A stretch of 64,000 nt of DNA from assembly GCA_001643675.2 (NCBI GenBank), contig LSRY02000051.1, positions 558,001-622,000 of the forward strand, given 5' to 3'. Source of the stretch: Monocercomonoides exilis PA203. Taxonomy: Eukaryota; Protista; Preaxostyla. The position numbers were made by a program, and so were the translations under genes. Under the pieces are notes generated by a model that was not told the DNA's origin, did not search any database, and was given only the letters and a program-made list of their open reading frames with translations. Below, piece by piece: positions 13,646 through 25,523 of the stretch; the first letter of the stretch is position 1, and the number at the start of each line of letters is the position of its first letter.

Positions 13646-15458
13646 CTAATCATCGTTCGAAAACTTTACTTTTAGTCGAAGGAACATTCCCTGTGGAAAC
13701 ACAGGATCTGTCACAGCCAATTCTGTGTCCGACTCAAAAAGATCTCCAACTGGTTTCTGTAAATTATCGTGCGTTTGAGCAAGTGCACGCATGTATAATG
13801 GAATTCCTCCAGGTAGTTGAATGGAAGGGTTTTTCATTTGACTGTAAAAATAATTTGTTTGAAAATAAAAAAAACACAATCATGAATAAATTAAAAAAGA
13901 AGTTTGTAGAAAAGTAAATGTTCACACTATTCTGGATTCTCTTTCAATTTTGTCATTATTTCATCGAATGGAGCATCTTTGCGAACTTCAATCTCGGATG
14001 AGATGTCTGCACAGACAAGGCAGGTCTCGTTCTTAGAAAATTCAAATGTGTTGGTGTATGGTTGCTGTTATTTCAACATTTTCAATTGAGGAAGGCAAAA
14101 CACAATAATTGTATTATTAATGAAAATTCAAAAGAGAAAGGAAAAAACGAAGAAATTTATGAAAGATCGAAAAGAGAATCAACATTACCTCAGCACCAGA
14201 GTACTGGCAGTAGTTATCCAAGCTAAGGGCATTCATTGCAATCTTCATTGCCTCGTTCACACACATCGCTGCAATGATGGAGTTTGTGGATGCAATAGCT
14301 GGGATAACGTGTTTAATCACACCAAGTGTGAGCTTGAAGTCAACACCTTCAATTTTGTACTTTTCAGCTCTTTCGCTTGCACATTTCAAACACCACAACA
14401 CATCTTCTTCTTTGTCGCCGTCTGGCTTTCTTCCATCTGAGTGAAGATGAAAAAACAAAAATCAATAAGAGCCAATAAAAAAAAATAAGTCAATGAAAAA
14501 TATTCATCAAAATTCAAACCATGTGCCTTTGGGAATTCGAGCAAAGACCACTCAACACAATGCTCGGGAACACGAGGATTTGAAGCAATTGTGCACATAG
14601 GAAATGTAACAGGCGGTGGGATCAAGATCATTCCGCATTCATAACATGCATTTACAGTTGGCAGAATCACACGAACTTGTCCAGAGAATCCTTCAGAGCC
14701 TCCATCAATGAAAGGAATAATCTGTCCATCTCGAGCAATATCCACAAGTGTCGCGTTCATCCAACGACGGGCATCAACAGAATCCAACCCAGAAATCACC
14801 ATATCAAACTGGTGATAAAACGTTATAGGCTTGTCTTTGATATTTCCAACATATCTAAATTTTTTAAAAAAAGAAATTATTTATTGTATTTTCAAAAGTT
14901 TTCTGCAAACGGAGTAACGTGACATCCTTCAACACGCTTGTTAACAAACTCGGCTGCAACTTCTGCTTTTGGCCTTCCTGTATCCTTTTCCTGGAGGAGA
15001 ATTCAATAGAAGCCCAGAAACAGTTATTCGACGATTCAAAAACAAAAGATTAAAGAGTCTCAAACCGTAAATAAAAATTGTCTATTTAAATTACTAATAT
15101 CAATTGTATCCAAATCAATGACGTGAATGTCTGTGAAGCCAGACAGCGCTAGGTCTTTCAATACTTCGCATCCAAGACCTCCTGCGCCAATCACAAGAAT
15201 TTTCATTGAATGCAAAAATGTCTTTAACTAAATGTCGCATATTACAATTTAATAAATGTGGCATAATATAGATTGTAAATTTTCATCATTAATTGATTGA
15301 AAGATTAAAAATAAGCTCAATGAAATCTAATTGACATTTTTTAATCAAACTTTTTCTGGCTCTTCTGTGCAGTCAGGAGTGAGCATGGATGGATGCTCCA
15401 TCAATTTATATATGCCTTCCCAACGTTCCTGGTCAAGTAAAGTGGTTTGTTCAGTCAT
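13646..15458 (-). CDS. UBA3: NEDD8-activating enzyme E1 catalytic subunit (multi-exon)
   Basis: [39 protein letters not shown], catalytic [30 protein letters not shown]; exons splice in frame. Confidence 0.93.
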
Positions 15459-15599
15459 TGAAAAATTTTGGATTTCTTATGGGATTCTGTTATTTCGATA
15501 TGTTATTATTTGTTATACTCAAAAACCTTGTTTGTGAAACCAGAATGCTCAATTTTCCTTTTTCAATTGTTGATCAAAAATACATTTTATTATTTTAAA

Positions 15600-16086
15600 A
15601 TGTCAAAACAAACTGTTAGCATCATCCAGGCTTCACGGTCAAAAAAGGCAATCAATGAAATTGAAACGTCCATAACTCAAGATCTTGAAAAATTAACTAA
15701 ATCTTTTGAAACTTTGATATCTTTCGAAAGTTTGTGTGAATTAATAATGAATTTCTCTGAGTTTATTTTTCTTTCATGATGTTTGCTTATTTTTCAGCTC
15801 CAAGAGAAAGTCTTATCTACTGCAGATGAAGTTGTTTTTGAAGCAGAGTCCGAGAGCTTAATTTCAACAATTGAATCATCACTAACATCGACTTCCCATT
15901 TGAAAGAAAATGTTTTGATGAACGATTACCAAGCAATACTTCAAAAGTTCTTGAACATAAACGAAAGCTGCAGCAACTTGCGACAAATCTCAAGTAGTTC
16001 TATCTACAGCGGGAAAAGATCTCACAAAATCATTTGTGGAACTTGAAGAATGTAGAAGTAATGTTTCTTCTTCAAAAACTGTTTGA
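15600..16086 (+). CDS. MED22: Mediator subunit 22 (SURF5-like); needs two 1-nt insertions to restore the C-terminus
   Basis: ESLISTIESSLTSTSHLKENVLMNDY resembles the MED22 LK..L.LNDF motif. Restoring one A at 15943-15946 and one at 15985-15987 gives NDYQAILQKVLEHKRKLQQLATKSQVVLSTAGKDLTKSFVELEE, matching the MED22 C-terminal helix. One GTTTG intron. Confidence 0.65.
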
Positions 16087-16383
16087 AATGTCAAGGATCA
16101 ATGAACTACTTTAAAGCTGTAACAAGTTTTGGTCTTTTGATTACAAAAATGCAACTCGTGTTGAAGAAATGATAAATATTAATCAATGCGACAGTTGAAC
16201 TATACTGAGGTTTCGCGATCCGATTTATCAATCCGGAAATTGAAGATTAATTATCACTTGATTAACGTTGATGCTTTATTCGTTTGGTTATTGAATATTT
16301 CATTGCTTTGACTGTTTCGTCGTGAATGTTATTATTTGAGAAAAGAGTCAGAAACATTTGAAAAACAACAATTGGATAATATC

Positions 16384-17755
16384 TCAAAGTTTTTTGTCCA
16401 TATGTTCAATTCTCTTTTCTCGATCATTTGTCTCCAATCGATGAAGTGCAAGCATGTTTGCTTTTGCCCTTTCTGCGTCTTTGATTTTTTCTTCTTTTCT
16501 AAGCTGATCAATATGGTCTAATTCGTCCAGTGCTTCGTTCCAAGTTATTTTTCCCCTCTGAAGATGAAGACAGACAGTTTTATCTCTCATGTCAATATCA
16601 TCTATGTATGGTAATCCAACCTGATCTGCAATGTATCTTCCAACATTTGATGTATATAATTGTGGATCTGCTTTTTCAGCTTCAGATGGGTTATACACAT
16701 CAAATATTTCCAATTCGAAAGAGCAGTAAAATTGTGTAAGTATGTTCCACATCAAAGGAAAGGCATCAACTGAATCGTAATTGATGGAAGAAAATTTGTA
16801 TGGATAGTGAACAGCAAATGGGCGGACTGGCACTCCTGCAATAAATACTCCTTTACTAAAGCGAGTGATGCAAGTGCCATTCCCAGTAGTTCCCTCTGCA
16901 AAAATGTGTGGAGTGTATTCATCTGTTGGAATCAATAATTTTTATTTTCATGAAAAGAAGTCTAAAAAACATAAAGGCTACAAACTTGGTTGTGGATATG
17001 AAATACGTTCCACTATTAATCCAGCAGAAGATGAATGTGAATTGCCTGTTTTAGCTTTTTCGACTTCCCTTTCAACAAGAATGCACCGATAGGCTTTTAA
17101 TAAGAATGATACAATTGGAACATTTTTCATGGTTGCCTTTGCAACAAATGATGGGGTGCCAACATATCCTCCAACGGATATGATATCGAAAAGCGACATA
17201 TGTGGACCTACAAGTGGATAAGGTTCATTCCACTTGAATTTAGGCAAATCTTTTGGTTGCCGAGATACTGGTCGTTTTTTTGTGTGATCAATGTACTTGA
17301 TGTGAAAGAACCCTGCGCAAACCATCACAACAATACACCAAAATCTCATAACATATTGTGAAGCAACTCGACGCCATTTTGGAGCGGGTTTTTCCCAATC
17401 CTATCGGAAATTTTTACAAGAATATTTATATAAAAATGAATGAATGAATAGGACTCAAACATTATATCCAATAAATACAATCCTTTGGCAGACGTAGTGA
17501 AGGAAAACGTAAACACCACGAGTACTCCTTTTATCAATGCCAAAATCGGACCTGGAAAAATATAAATTTTAAATCTCTTATAAAGTGTCTAAAGAAATGA
17601 AAAATCAATAAAAATAACAAATAATTCTTAATTCCAAATGGGAACATAAAAATAAAAATATTTATAACCATTGGCTTGTAATCATGTAGAATATGCTTAA
17701 ACTTTGGAGGCATTTGCATTTTTTTCATCAAATCTTCGTCTACCTTTGGATGCAT
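16384..17755 (-). CDS. Lysophospholipid acyltransferase (LPCAT/LPEAT-like, PlsC family); one apparent 1-nt frameshift near 17504-17507
   Basis: HxxxxD motif PHMSLFD, CILVER, IFAEGTTGNG, FSKGVFIAGVPVRP; N-terminal hydrophobic helix; three introns. Confidence 0.85.
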
Positions 17756-18016
17756 CTTTAATGAAAATATCTTAATTAACCGCACAAAAAACGCTTGTTA
17801 GAAAGCATTCAAACTTGATTTTTTAACTTTTATATTGCGAGATGAAAAAAATAAGATAATATGATCAAATGAGAATCGAGCTTCTCAAAAAGAAAATGTA
17901 TACAATCAACTTAACAATTTTCAAACAAAATTTCATTTAACAGACAATTGGTGGTGACAAATTGTTTTGATCATATCAACCACGAATAATATTTGTAACA
18001 ATCATTTAAATTATAA

Positions 18017-18578
18017 ATGGCTGCAGTTTTACCAACAGAAGCTAAAAAGACTGGTTTTATTTTTAAAACTGATACTGCTATGCAAGATGCAGATATATTA
18101 GCAAAAATTAAAGGAGAAGGAATTCCATTAGTGCATTTTGAGTTTGTTTCTTCATATCTTTGGATATTTTCATTTCACATTAACATAAAACTGTTCTCAT
18201 AGCGCAACAGAATGGTCGGATGCTAGTAAAATGGAAGCAGCTTTTAAAGCATCTTTTCCAAATCAAGAAACACGTATGAACAAACAGTAAATAATTATTT
18301 ATTCAATTTTTATCCTATTATTTAAAGCATTTTTGGCAGGTAAATTCAAGCAAGACGGACAAATTATTGTTGTTTCTGGAATTTCACCATCAAATATGGA
18401 TTCAATCACATTTTTAGTAATTACTTTGTCACATATCTTTACACAAATGGAAGAATCAGAAACAAATCCACGTCAAAAGCCGTGTGCCATTGTTTTAAAA
18501 GGATGGCCAATCGATTTCATTGGAATGGCGTTAGAGTCGGGAGCTGAACTTCGCTTTGCAGTGGAGCCTTTACCTTAA
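18017..18578 (+). CDS. Hypothetical protein of about 150 aa (3 exons)
   Basis: Two GT-AG introns join MAAVLPTEAKK...VHFD/ATEWSDASKMEAAF...ETP/FLAGKFKQ...AVEPLP in one frame; no family recognised. Confidence 0.6.
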
Positions 18579-18992
18579 ATTTCGATATGAAAACAAGTAA
18601 TTATTTTTTTGATTAATTTTTTGGATGATACAGATATGATGCTGTGAAGTTGTTCGATTTTCTCCATTTTTTTGCACTTCATAAGTTTTGCAGCATTATT
18701 ATGTATCCTCGTAACCAGGAAAAAATCAATCATTTTTTGTTGGCATTTTTCTTGATGTTTTTCAAAAACAAATTTTAACAACAATAAAAGAGTGTTTTTT
18801 CTTCCCCAATTTGTTATTTTTCGTGATTATTATATGCACTCAAGTTTAAATGGATTATTTTTCATTTATCAAACGTATATTATATTCGAAATATTCTTTA
18901 GCAGAATAATATAATTTTATTCATATCTATAAAGTATAATGGTGCATTTCAGTTTCTTTTTTTATTTTTTCAGTCAAGTTTAGCATCTATTG

Positions 18993-20483
18993 ATGGCTAC
19001 TCCATCAGATTCTGGACCTTATGAATATGATTTAATTGTGATTGGAGGAGGTAGCGGAGGAGTTGCTTGCGCTAAGGCTGCTGGTGATGCAGGAGCAAAA
19101 GTTCTTTGTTTTGATTATGTGACTCCCTCTCCACGTGGTACATCTTGGGGATTGGGAGGAACATGTGTTAATGTTGGCTGCATTCCCAAGAAGCTGATGC
19201 ACAGAGCCGCAGCAATCGGTGGAGATATTGCAGATGCACCTTCTTTTGGATGGGAAGGTGTTGACCGTAAAGCAGCAAAAATTAACTGGTCAGAGCTCGT
19301 ACAACGTGTGCAAAACCATGTTCGCAGATTGAGTTTTGGCTATAGAGGAGAACTTAGGTCCAAAGGTGTAACATATATTCCAGCCATTGCATCATTCAAA
19401 GATCCTCACACTATTGCTTATAAACAAAGAGGTGAAGAGAAAACAGTTACAGGGAAATACATTGTCATCGCATGCGGTGGACGACCAACATATCCTGATG
19501 TTCCTGGAGCAAAAGAATACTGTATTACGTCTGATGATCTGTTTTCATTATCCACAGAACCAGGGAAAGTTTTATGTGTTGGAGCTTCATACGTTTCATT
19601 GGAATGTGCAGGATTTCTCACTGAACTCGGATTCGATACAACTGTGATGGTACGATCGATTTTGTTGAGAGGATTCGATCAGGAGATAGCAGAGAAAGTT
19701 GGAGCATATATGGAAGAGCACGGAACAAAATTCCAGAAAGAGCAGACACCAGTTGCATTTGCTAAGAAAGAAGATGGAAAAATTATTGTAAAATCAACAG
19801 GAAAACTTGGAGACAAAGAGGAAGAATTTGACACAGTGCTTCTTGCAACTGGAAGAACACCTGTTTCTGAAGCACTGAATCTTGAAGCTGCTGGAGTGAA
19901 AATGGACGCACGAACAAAGAAAATACCAGTTGATAAAACGGCAGCAACAAATGTGCCGTTCATCTACTGCATTGGTGATGCTCAGCTAGGAGCACCAGAG
20001 CTGACACCAACTGCAATTCTGAGTGGAAAGATTCTTGCGAAGCGTTTGTTTGGAGGAAGCCTGGAGGAGATGGTATACACAAATGTTCCAACAGCAGTAT
20101 TTACACCACTCGAATACGGGTCAATTGGCTTGCCCGAAGAGAATGCGAAGGCCATTGTGGGTGAAAGCAACGTGGTTGTCTATCACGGCTCGTTCACTCC
20201 GCTTGAGTGGGCAATCAGCGACGAGCGGAGCCATGAGGGAGAAGGATATGTGAAGGTTATATGCGACAAGACCCGCGAAGAGACTGTCATGGGACTGCAC
20301 TATTTGGGTCCAAATGCAGCTGAGGTGATCAACGGCTGGGCTCCATCGCTGCGGCTTGGCGTGAGGAAGAGAGATTTGGAGCGTGTGGTGGGGATCCATC
20401 CGTGCTGTGCTGAAGAAATAAACAATGTCTCTGTGATAAAGGGATCTGGCGTTTCAGAGGCAAAAGGTGGCTGCTGAGGATAA
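18993..20483 (+). CDS. TXNRD: High-molecular-weight thioredoxin reductase, selenoprotein (C-terminal Gly-Cys-Sec-Gly)
   Basis: GGGSGG FAD motif, CVNVGC redox centre, GASYVSLECAGFL, GIHPCCAEE; 3' end GGC TGC TGA GGA TAA with TGA at 20475-20477. Confidence 0.95.
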
Positions 20484-20484
20484 A

Positions 20485-20674
20485 GGCGCGAGGTTAACAC
20501 TTCTGAAGAGGAGAGAGGAGGAGAGTAAGAAAGAGTGTGTGTAGAGTTAGATGGACTTAGAAAGACAGAGGAATCTTAAAGAATTGGTGGGGAAAATCGT
20601 TTCCGTTGATTCACTGATTTCTTTGTTTTTCTATGTTCTGGTGATTGGAGAGATTGACAGAAGTACCTCGCGCC
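20485..20674 (+). promoter_or_regulatory. Long RNA hairpin starting 2 nt after the TrxR stop codon (structured 3' UTR, candidate Sec-recoding element)
   Basis: 20485-20494 pairs with 20665-20674 (10 bp WC); 20499-20505 with 20658-20664 (7 bp); 20558-20575 with 20616-20633 (18 bp, 3 G-U); 20581-20593 with 20600-20612 (13 bp, AAAUCG loop). Confidence 0.65.
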
Positions 20675-21472
20675 CGATGACCTATTTACAAATTGATGCT
20701 GCTGTGATCTTTTTCGGACAAAATAAATCTTTTTTTATCTTTCTGATAGAATATTTGCGCATTGCATCTCAGCATTTCTGATGAGGATGGCCTAAACACA
20801 ATTTTTGGTGCGACCAATGCAGCGTGGAGACTCAACAAAAGTCACATGCTGTTCCTCTGATTCTCTTCCTCTGCGTTCCACTGCCCTGCTCCTCAGCCAC
20901 GTGCAATTCCTCTCACAGCAGCAGTGGCGGCAGGCGTGTTATGCAGACAGAGTGCGTTGCATTGAATAACTTGAATTGTTGTGTGCAATTGATAAAAGAA
21001 CGGAATCGTGAAAAGAGGTGGAATGTACTTGTCACATTTACTTTATTCTTTTTTCCGTAGTTTTTTTATCATTCTGGAGGAAATGAGCATTTGCATGCTT
21101 TTCTTCATTTCCAGAATTGCATTCAGCATTCATTCATGCTTTCGCAGCAGAGACGTTGCGTAATTGTTTTATCAGATTTGTAGATCGTCTTTATTTCAAT
21201 TATATTTTATCATTTGTTCAATTTGCTTTTCAATAACGAAATCGTTCAACTTTCCACAATTAACAAGAATCATTTTTATTTTTTTTTTTCATATTTTGGT
21301 TTATGAAGGAGTAAATTATAAATGGCTGCAAAACTAATAAGTTATTCCTAAAATTGAAAATTTTTATTTGTATATAAATGAACATTCGAATATCAATTAA
21401 AAAAAGGTAGTCAAAACGAAATAACAAAGAAATGAAAATATGAATATTTCATTATAAGTTCAGATCAGATCA

Positions 21473-22252
21473 ATGAGCAAACAAATCGCCAAAGATTCTC
21501 AAGAAGCCGTTCTTATCAAAAGTCACAACTGGAAAAAATTGATTGAATTATGTATCGATAAACAAGTTGATGTTTGCTTGTATTTTTTGAGATTTATTTT
21601 AATGGTCAATTTATGCATTTGAAAATTTCATTTTCATTGAATCAACAAACTTTCAATTTTTCTATATTAATATATTGAATATAAAATACAACAGGGAGAA
21701 AATATTGAATATTGGTTGATAATACAATATTTCTGTCACCTCATTCAAGGCGAAGGAGATGAAGCGCGTGTTCTTTCTTCCAGAGCCGATTACGCGTGTC
21801 CAAAATCCCCGTATCTGGAACAATTGAAGATGATCACTTTAGCATTTAACAATAGAGATTTCTCAACATATTTCTCATTGTTTGGAAATTTGCCAAAAAA
21901 TGACTCGTTTGCAGAGCTGGCCATTATCGCCCAACAGTCCGTAAGAGAAAGGAACGCAGCACTTCTTGAAATGAATTGTGCAACTATTTCTCTTGCCGTC
22001 ACTTCAGAATATTGCGGTCTACCTTCGGAGGAAGTTTTTAAATGTTTGACTTTTTTCAAAAACAATATTTATCAATTTTTTCTTTTATCATTAGATGTGA
22101 AAGCAAGAGGATGGACTTATGATTATTCTACTAAATTTTTTACTATACCGCGTGAAATCCAGACACAAGCACGTCTTCAATCCACAAAATCCACTATTGA
22201 TGAGTCAGCCTTCATGTCGGCGTTAACTTCCATTCTAGCTTCAAGCAAATAA
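21473..22252 (+). CDS. COPS8: COP9 signalosome subunit 8 (CSN8/PSMD8/eIF3k PCI family), 3 exons
   Basis: HLIQGEGDEARVL, AFNNRDF, SVRERNAALLEMNCATIS...YCGLP...ARGW pattern typical of CSN8. Confidence 0.7.
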
Positions 22253-22513
22253 TTCGTTTTTATCAAATTTTTATTTCTTAAATTTTTATATTAATGTGAC
22301 AGAACGAAATTGTGTTTTTTTTTTAACTGTTACAAATTAAATTAGAAAAAAAATCGAAAATTCACAACTTTCCACAAAAAGATCAAATTATATCATTCTT
22401 ATGTTTGTTTTCGTATCATGTGCATTCTCTTCAATTCATAAAAAACCATACTATTTTTTGTTTGCTTGCTTTTGAGTTCTCATTTAAAAGAGAAAAGAAA
22501 AAATTAGTCGTAA

Positions 22514-25390
22514 ATGTGGGAAGGAAATTTTCGTATTTTGTCATCATCGATTGACGCGCTAATAGAAAGGAATGCTTCACTGGAAACCATTCTTGATGAA
22601 GAAGATATAATTGATGAATTTACAATTGAAAATGAAAAACTTTTAGAATAGTTTGAAATTTATTTAATCAAAAAACGACTTTCCTTCTATGATTTTGCAT
22701 TTTCTGATGCGATTTTTCATTTATAGTTTGGGGAAACCAGAAATTATTGAACAATTGTTTCATTTTCTGACTCAAGAAATAACAGTGTATGATGAAAAAA
22801 AGAGATTTCGATTACCATATCTAGCTGGAGAAATTATATCTTCTCCGAAACAAGCAATTCACGAAGCACTGAAATCAGAGAAAGTTCTTGACACAGTTAT
22901 TGAATGGCTGAAAGACCCCAGACTTCCTCAAGCTGTCTATGCAACGAACATGAAGAAACCTGTTATAAATGTAATACTTAGCAATAACGATGCAGTTTGA
23001 ATTACATTTTTGTTTTATTTTCTTTGCTTTGTCAAATCAAATTTTGAGTAGTTTTTCAAAAGATGGAAGGAAGAAGCTATTTGTGATTGCATGCTCAAAA
23101 AAGTTACTGTTTTTCCAATAGCCGAATTATTGATTGATATCTTTGAAATTATCTATACTCTTTTTGGACCGAAAGATCTTGAAAATGTTTGCACTCACTT
23201 TTTTTTCAATTTTTTAAATCAATATGTTTTTGCATGCATATATAATTATTGTAGATACTTATAGAAACTGATTTTGTTTCGTCATGCGTTATCGCATTAA
23301 AAGCCCCAAAGCAGTCAATTTCAAATTGCTTTAACATTATTCATATTTTGAATAATGTTCTTGGGCTGTTTATTCCAGATCCAATATTGGATGGTGTTTT
23401 TGGGTCTGACCCAGAGGAAGATATGAATAATCAATCAGAGGAAGATGGAATAGGATCTTCTTCTGTGAATCAATTATCTCGTTATCCACTTTCGCCTTCT
23501 TCTGTTGTTGATGTGCTGAAAAAATCATCTCATTTTAATGATTTAATTGATTTATGCTTCCCTCAACCAATCTCATTTGTTGCAGCCCCAAACAACTTAA
23601 GACCATCTTTATCACTATTTTTATTTCTTCTTACACTCCAAGTCCCAAACAATCCTTCGCAACAAGCAATATCTGACGAAGAAGGGACTAACAATGAATC
23701 TGCAGCCAGCTGCAACGTTATCACATCTTTTGTGTTTGAAACTGTTGTTCCTCGGCTTCCTCTTCTTATTCCATGGCTTTCATTCACTCAAACTACTTCA
23801 GATGATAAATCTGACGTTCAATCATCATCTTTTTCATCGTCGTCCACTTCACCCACTTCATCAACAACTTCTGTTCTCCCACAAAATTTGAATGACAATC
23901 AAAAAAACAACCTTCTTTCACTTCGCACAAAGATTGCTGAATTGGTAGCAACACTTGTTGTAGTTGCACCAAGCGAGCATCTTTTAAACACTTTTCTTGT
24001 TCCATATTCAGAGGCATGTCGCACATCACATGGAGATCAGATGGCTCAAAGTACTCTTCTCACTTCGGCTGTAGATGAATATGGATTCCGCACACTTTTA
24101 GATTCATTTCTATATCTTTTCAGCAATTATCCATCATGTTCTATACTTCTTTCTAGTATTTCTCAGATCTTTCAGCATATTCTTTCCTTGCCTGCCAATC
24201 AGGAATCTTCTGAGAGCAACATTTTAACTCAGAAACTGTTAGAAGCACTTCTCTGGGGCAAAGAAGAAGAGCAAGAGAATGACAAAAACAAAGAATCGAT
24301 TACAAATTCCAAGGGACTTGCAGAGATTATGATAGAAGGATTTGAGAATGAGAAAATAGAAAGAGCGAAAAGGATGAAAGAAAGAGAAGAGAAGAAGCTA
24401 AAACAAAATGAAATCAACAAACGAAAATTGGAGCGGATCCAAAGGATATCTGAAGCATCTGAGCAAGACATCGAACACATCCTCAGAGAATACGACGAAC
24501 GACGAGAAAAACGAGAGGAAGAACAAAAACGAATTGAAGTGGAAGAAAAAGAAAAGGGAATTGTTAGAAGCGTGCTTTCAACACCGTTCATTGCGCATTC
24601 TATTCGTTTCTGCTCAATTCTATTCGATCCTGATTTTCCTTTGTCATCTTCATCTTGTGCATCCTCCGACAAGCACAAGAGTCTTCTTTCTCATTTACAA
24701 ATTTTATATCAAGAAAGAGGTGCAAATGTGATAGAAAAACAGAACCGTCCAGCCAAAGTGCCTGTTGGAGAGCAGAAGTCGCTCTATGCTCCTCTTATAG
24801 CATCGCTCAAGAAGAGCAACAATGCACAGGATAGACAGCTTGTGCAGGCGCTTATGTCATTTGCACAAGAGAGCGAGCAGCTCGGGATGGAGGACGGGAT
24901 GAAGGAAGGAGAGAATGCTGGGGAGGCAGATGATGGAAGCGAGTTGAGACTGATAAAAGAAATGGAAGAGAGAATACAGAGCGAAGAAGACAGAGAAAGA
25001 GAAGATTGGGCGAGAAGCGAGAAATTGGGCCTTCCAACAGGAGATGCACTGAAACAGGGAGTCGATGGGAACTTCCAAAATGGCAAAGCAGAAAAAGAGG
25101 AGATTCAAGGAGAGTGTTCAAAAGAAGGAAATTCAACTGACGAGGAAGCAAGCGACTCATCAGATTTGTCAAAAACTGTACGAATGAATGGCAGCCAATG
25201 GTTGCTTATGAAGGACTTTAATCGAAACATAAGGAGAGAAGATGCTTCTTCTTCGAATGTACCTGAAGTGCCCACTCCTCCAACGTTGGAATCTATCATG
25301 GCAGAGCCAGATGAAGAGGATTTTGAAGAGACAATTACTCTTGAAGAGATTATGAATGAAAAAGACGAAATTGACGAATTGTTGAATTGA
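22514..25390 (+). CDS. SIT4/PP6 phosphatase-associated (SAPS-domain) regulatory subunit, 4 exons
   Basis: N-terminus MW...SSSIDALIERNASLETILDEEDIIDEF..ENEKLLEYL and RFRLPYLAGEII are SAPS hallmarks; acidic tail; three GTTTG introns in frame. Confidence 0.8.
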
Positions 25391-25523
25391 GCAAAGTATT
25401 TCAATAACTTTTGTTTTGTTTTGTTATAATTTTAGTATCATTTCTTTATGTTTAAAGACATTTTTGTGAAAAACAATGTTTGAAAAGTATTGATCTTTTC
25501 CATACTGGAACTTGCGTGTTTGC

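Noticed and set aside
20677-20710. ATGA...AAA...TGAT as a canonical SECIS
   Set aside because: Only 9 nt between ATGA and AAA, and helix II does not pair.
20778-20800. Hammerhead ribozyme core (CTGATGA)
   Set aside because: The required GAAA after stem II is absent (TAAA) and stems I and III are not evident.
20752-20810. U4 snRNA or telomerase RNA
   Set aside because: TTTGCGCA and the Sm-like site are too close for U4, the U6-pairing stem I sequence is missing, and there is no convincing telomeric template.
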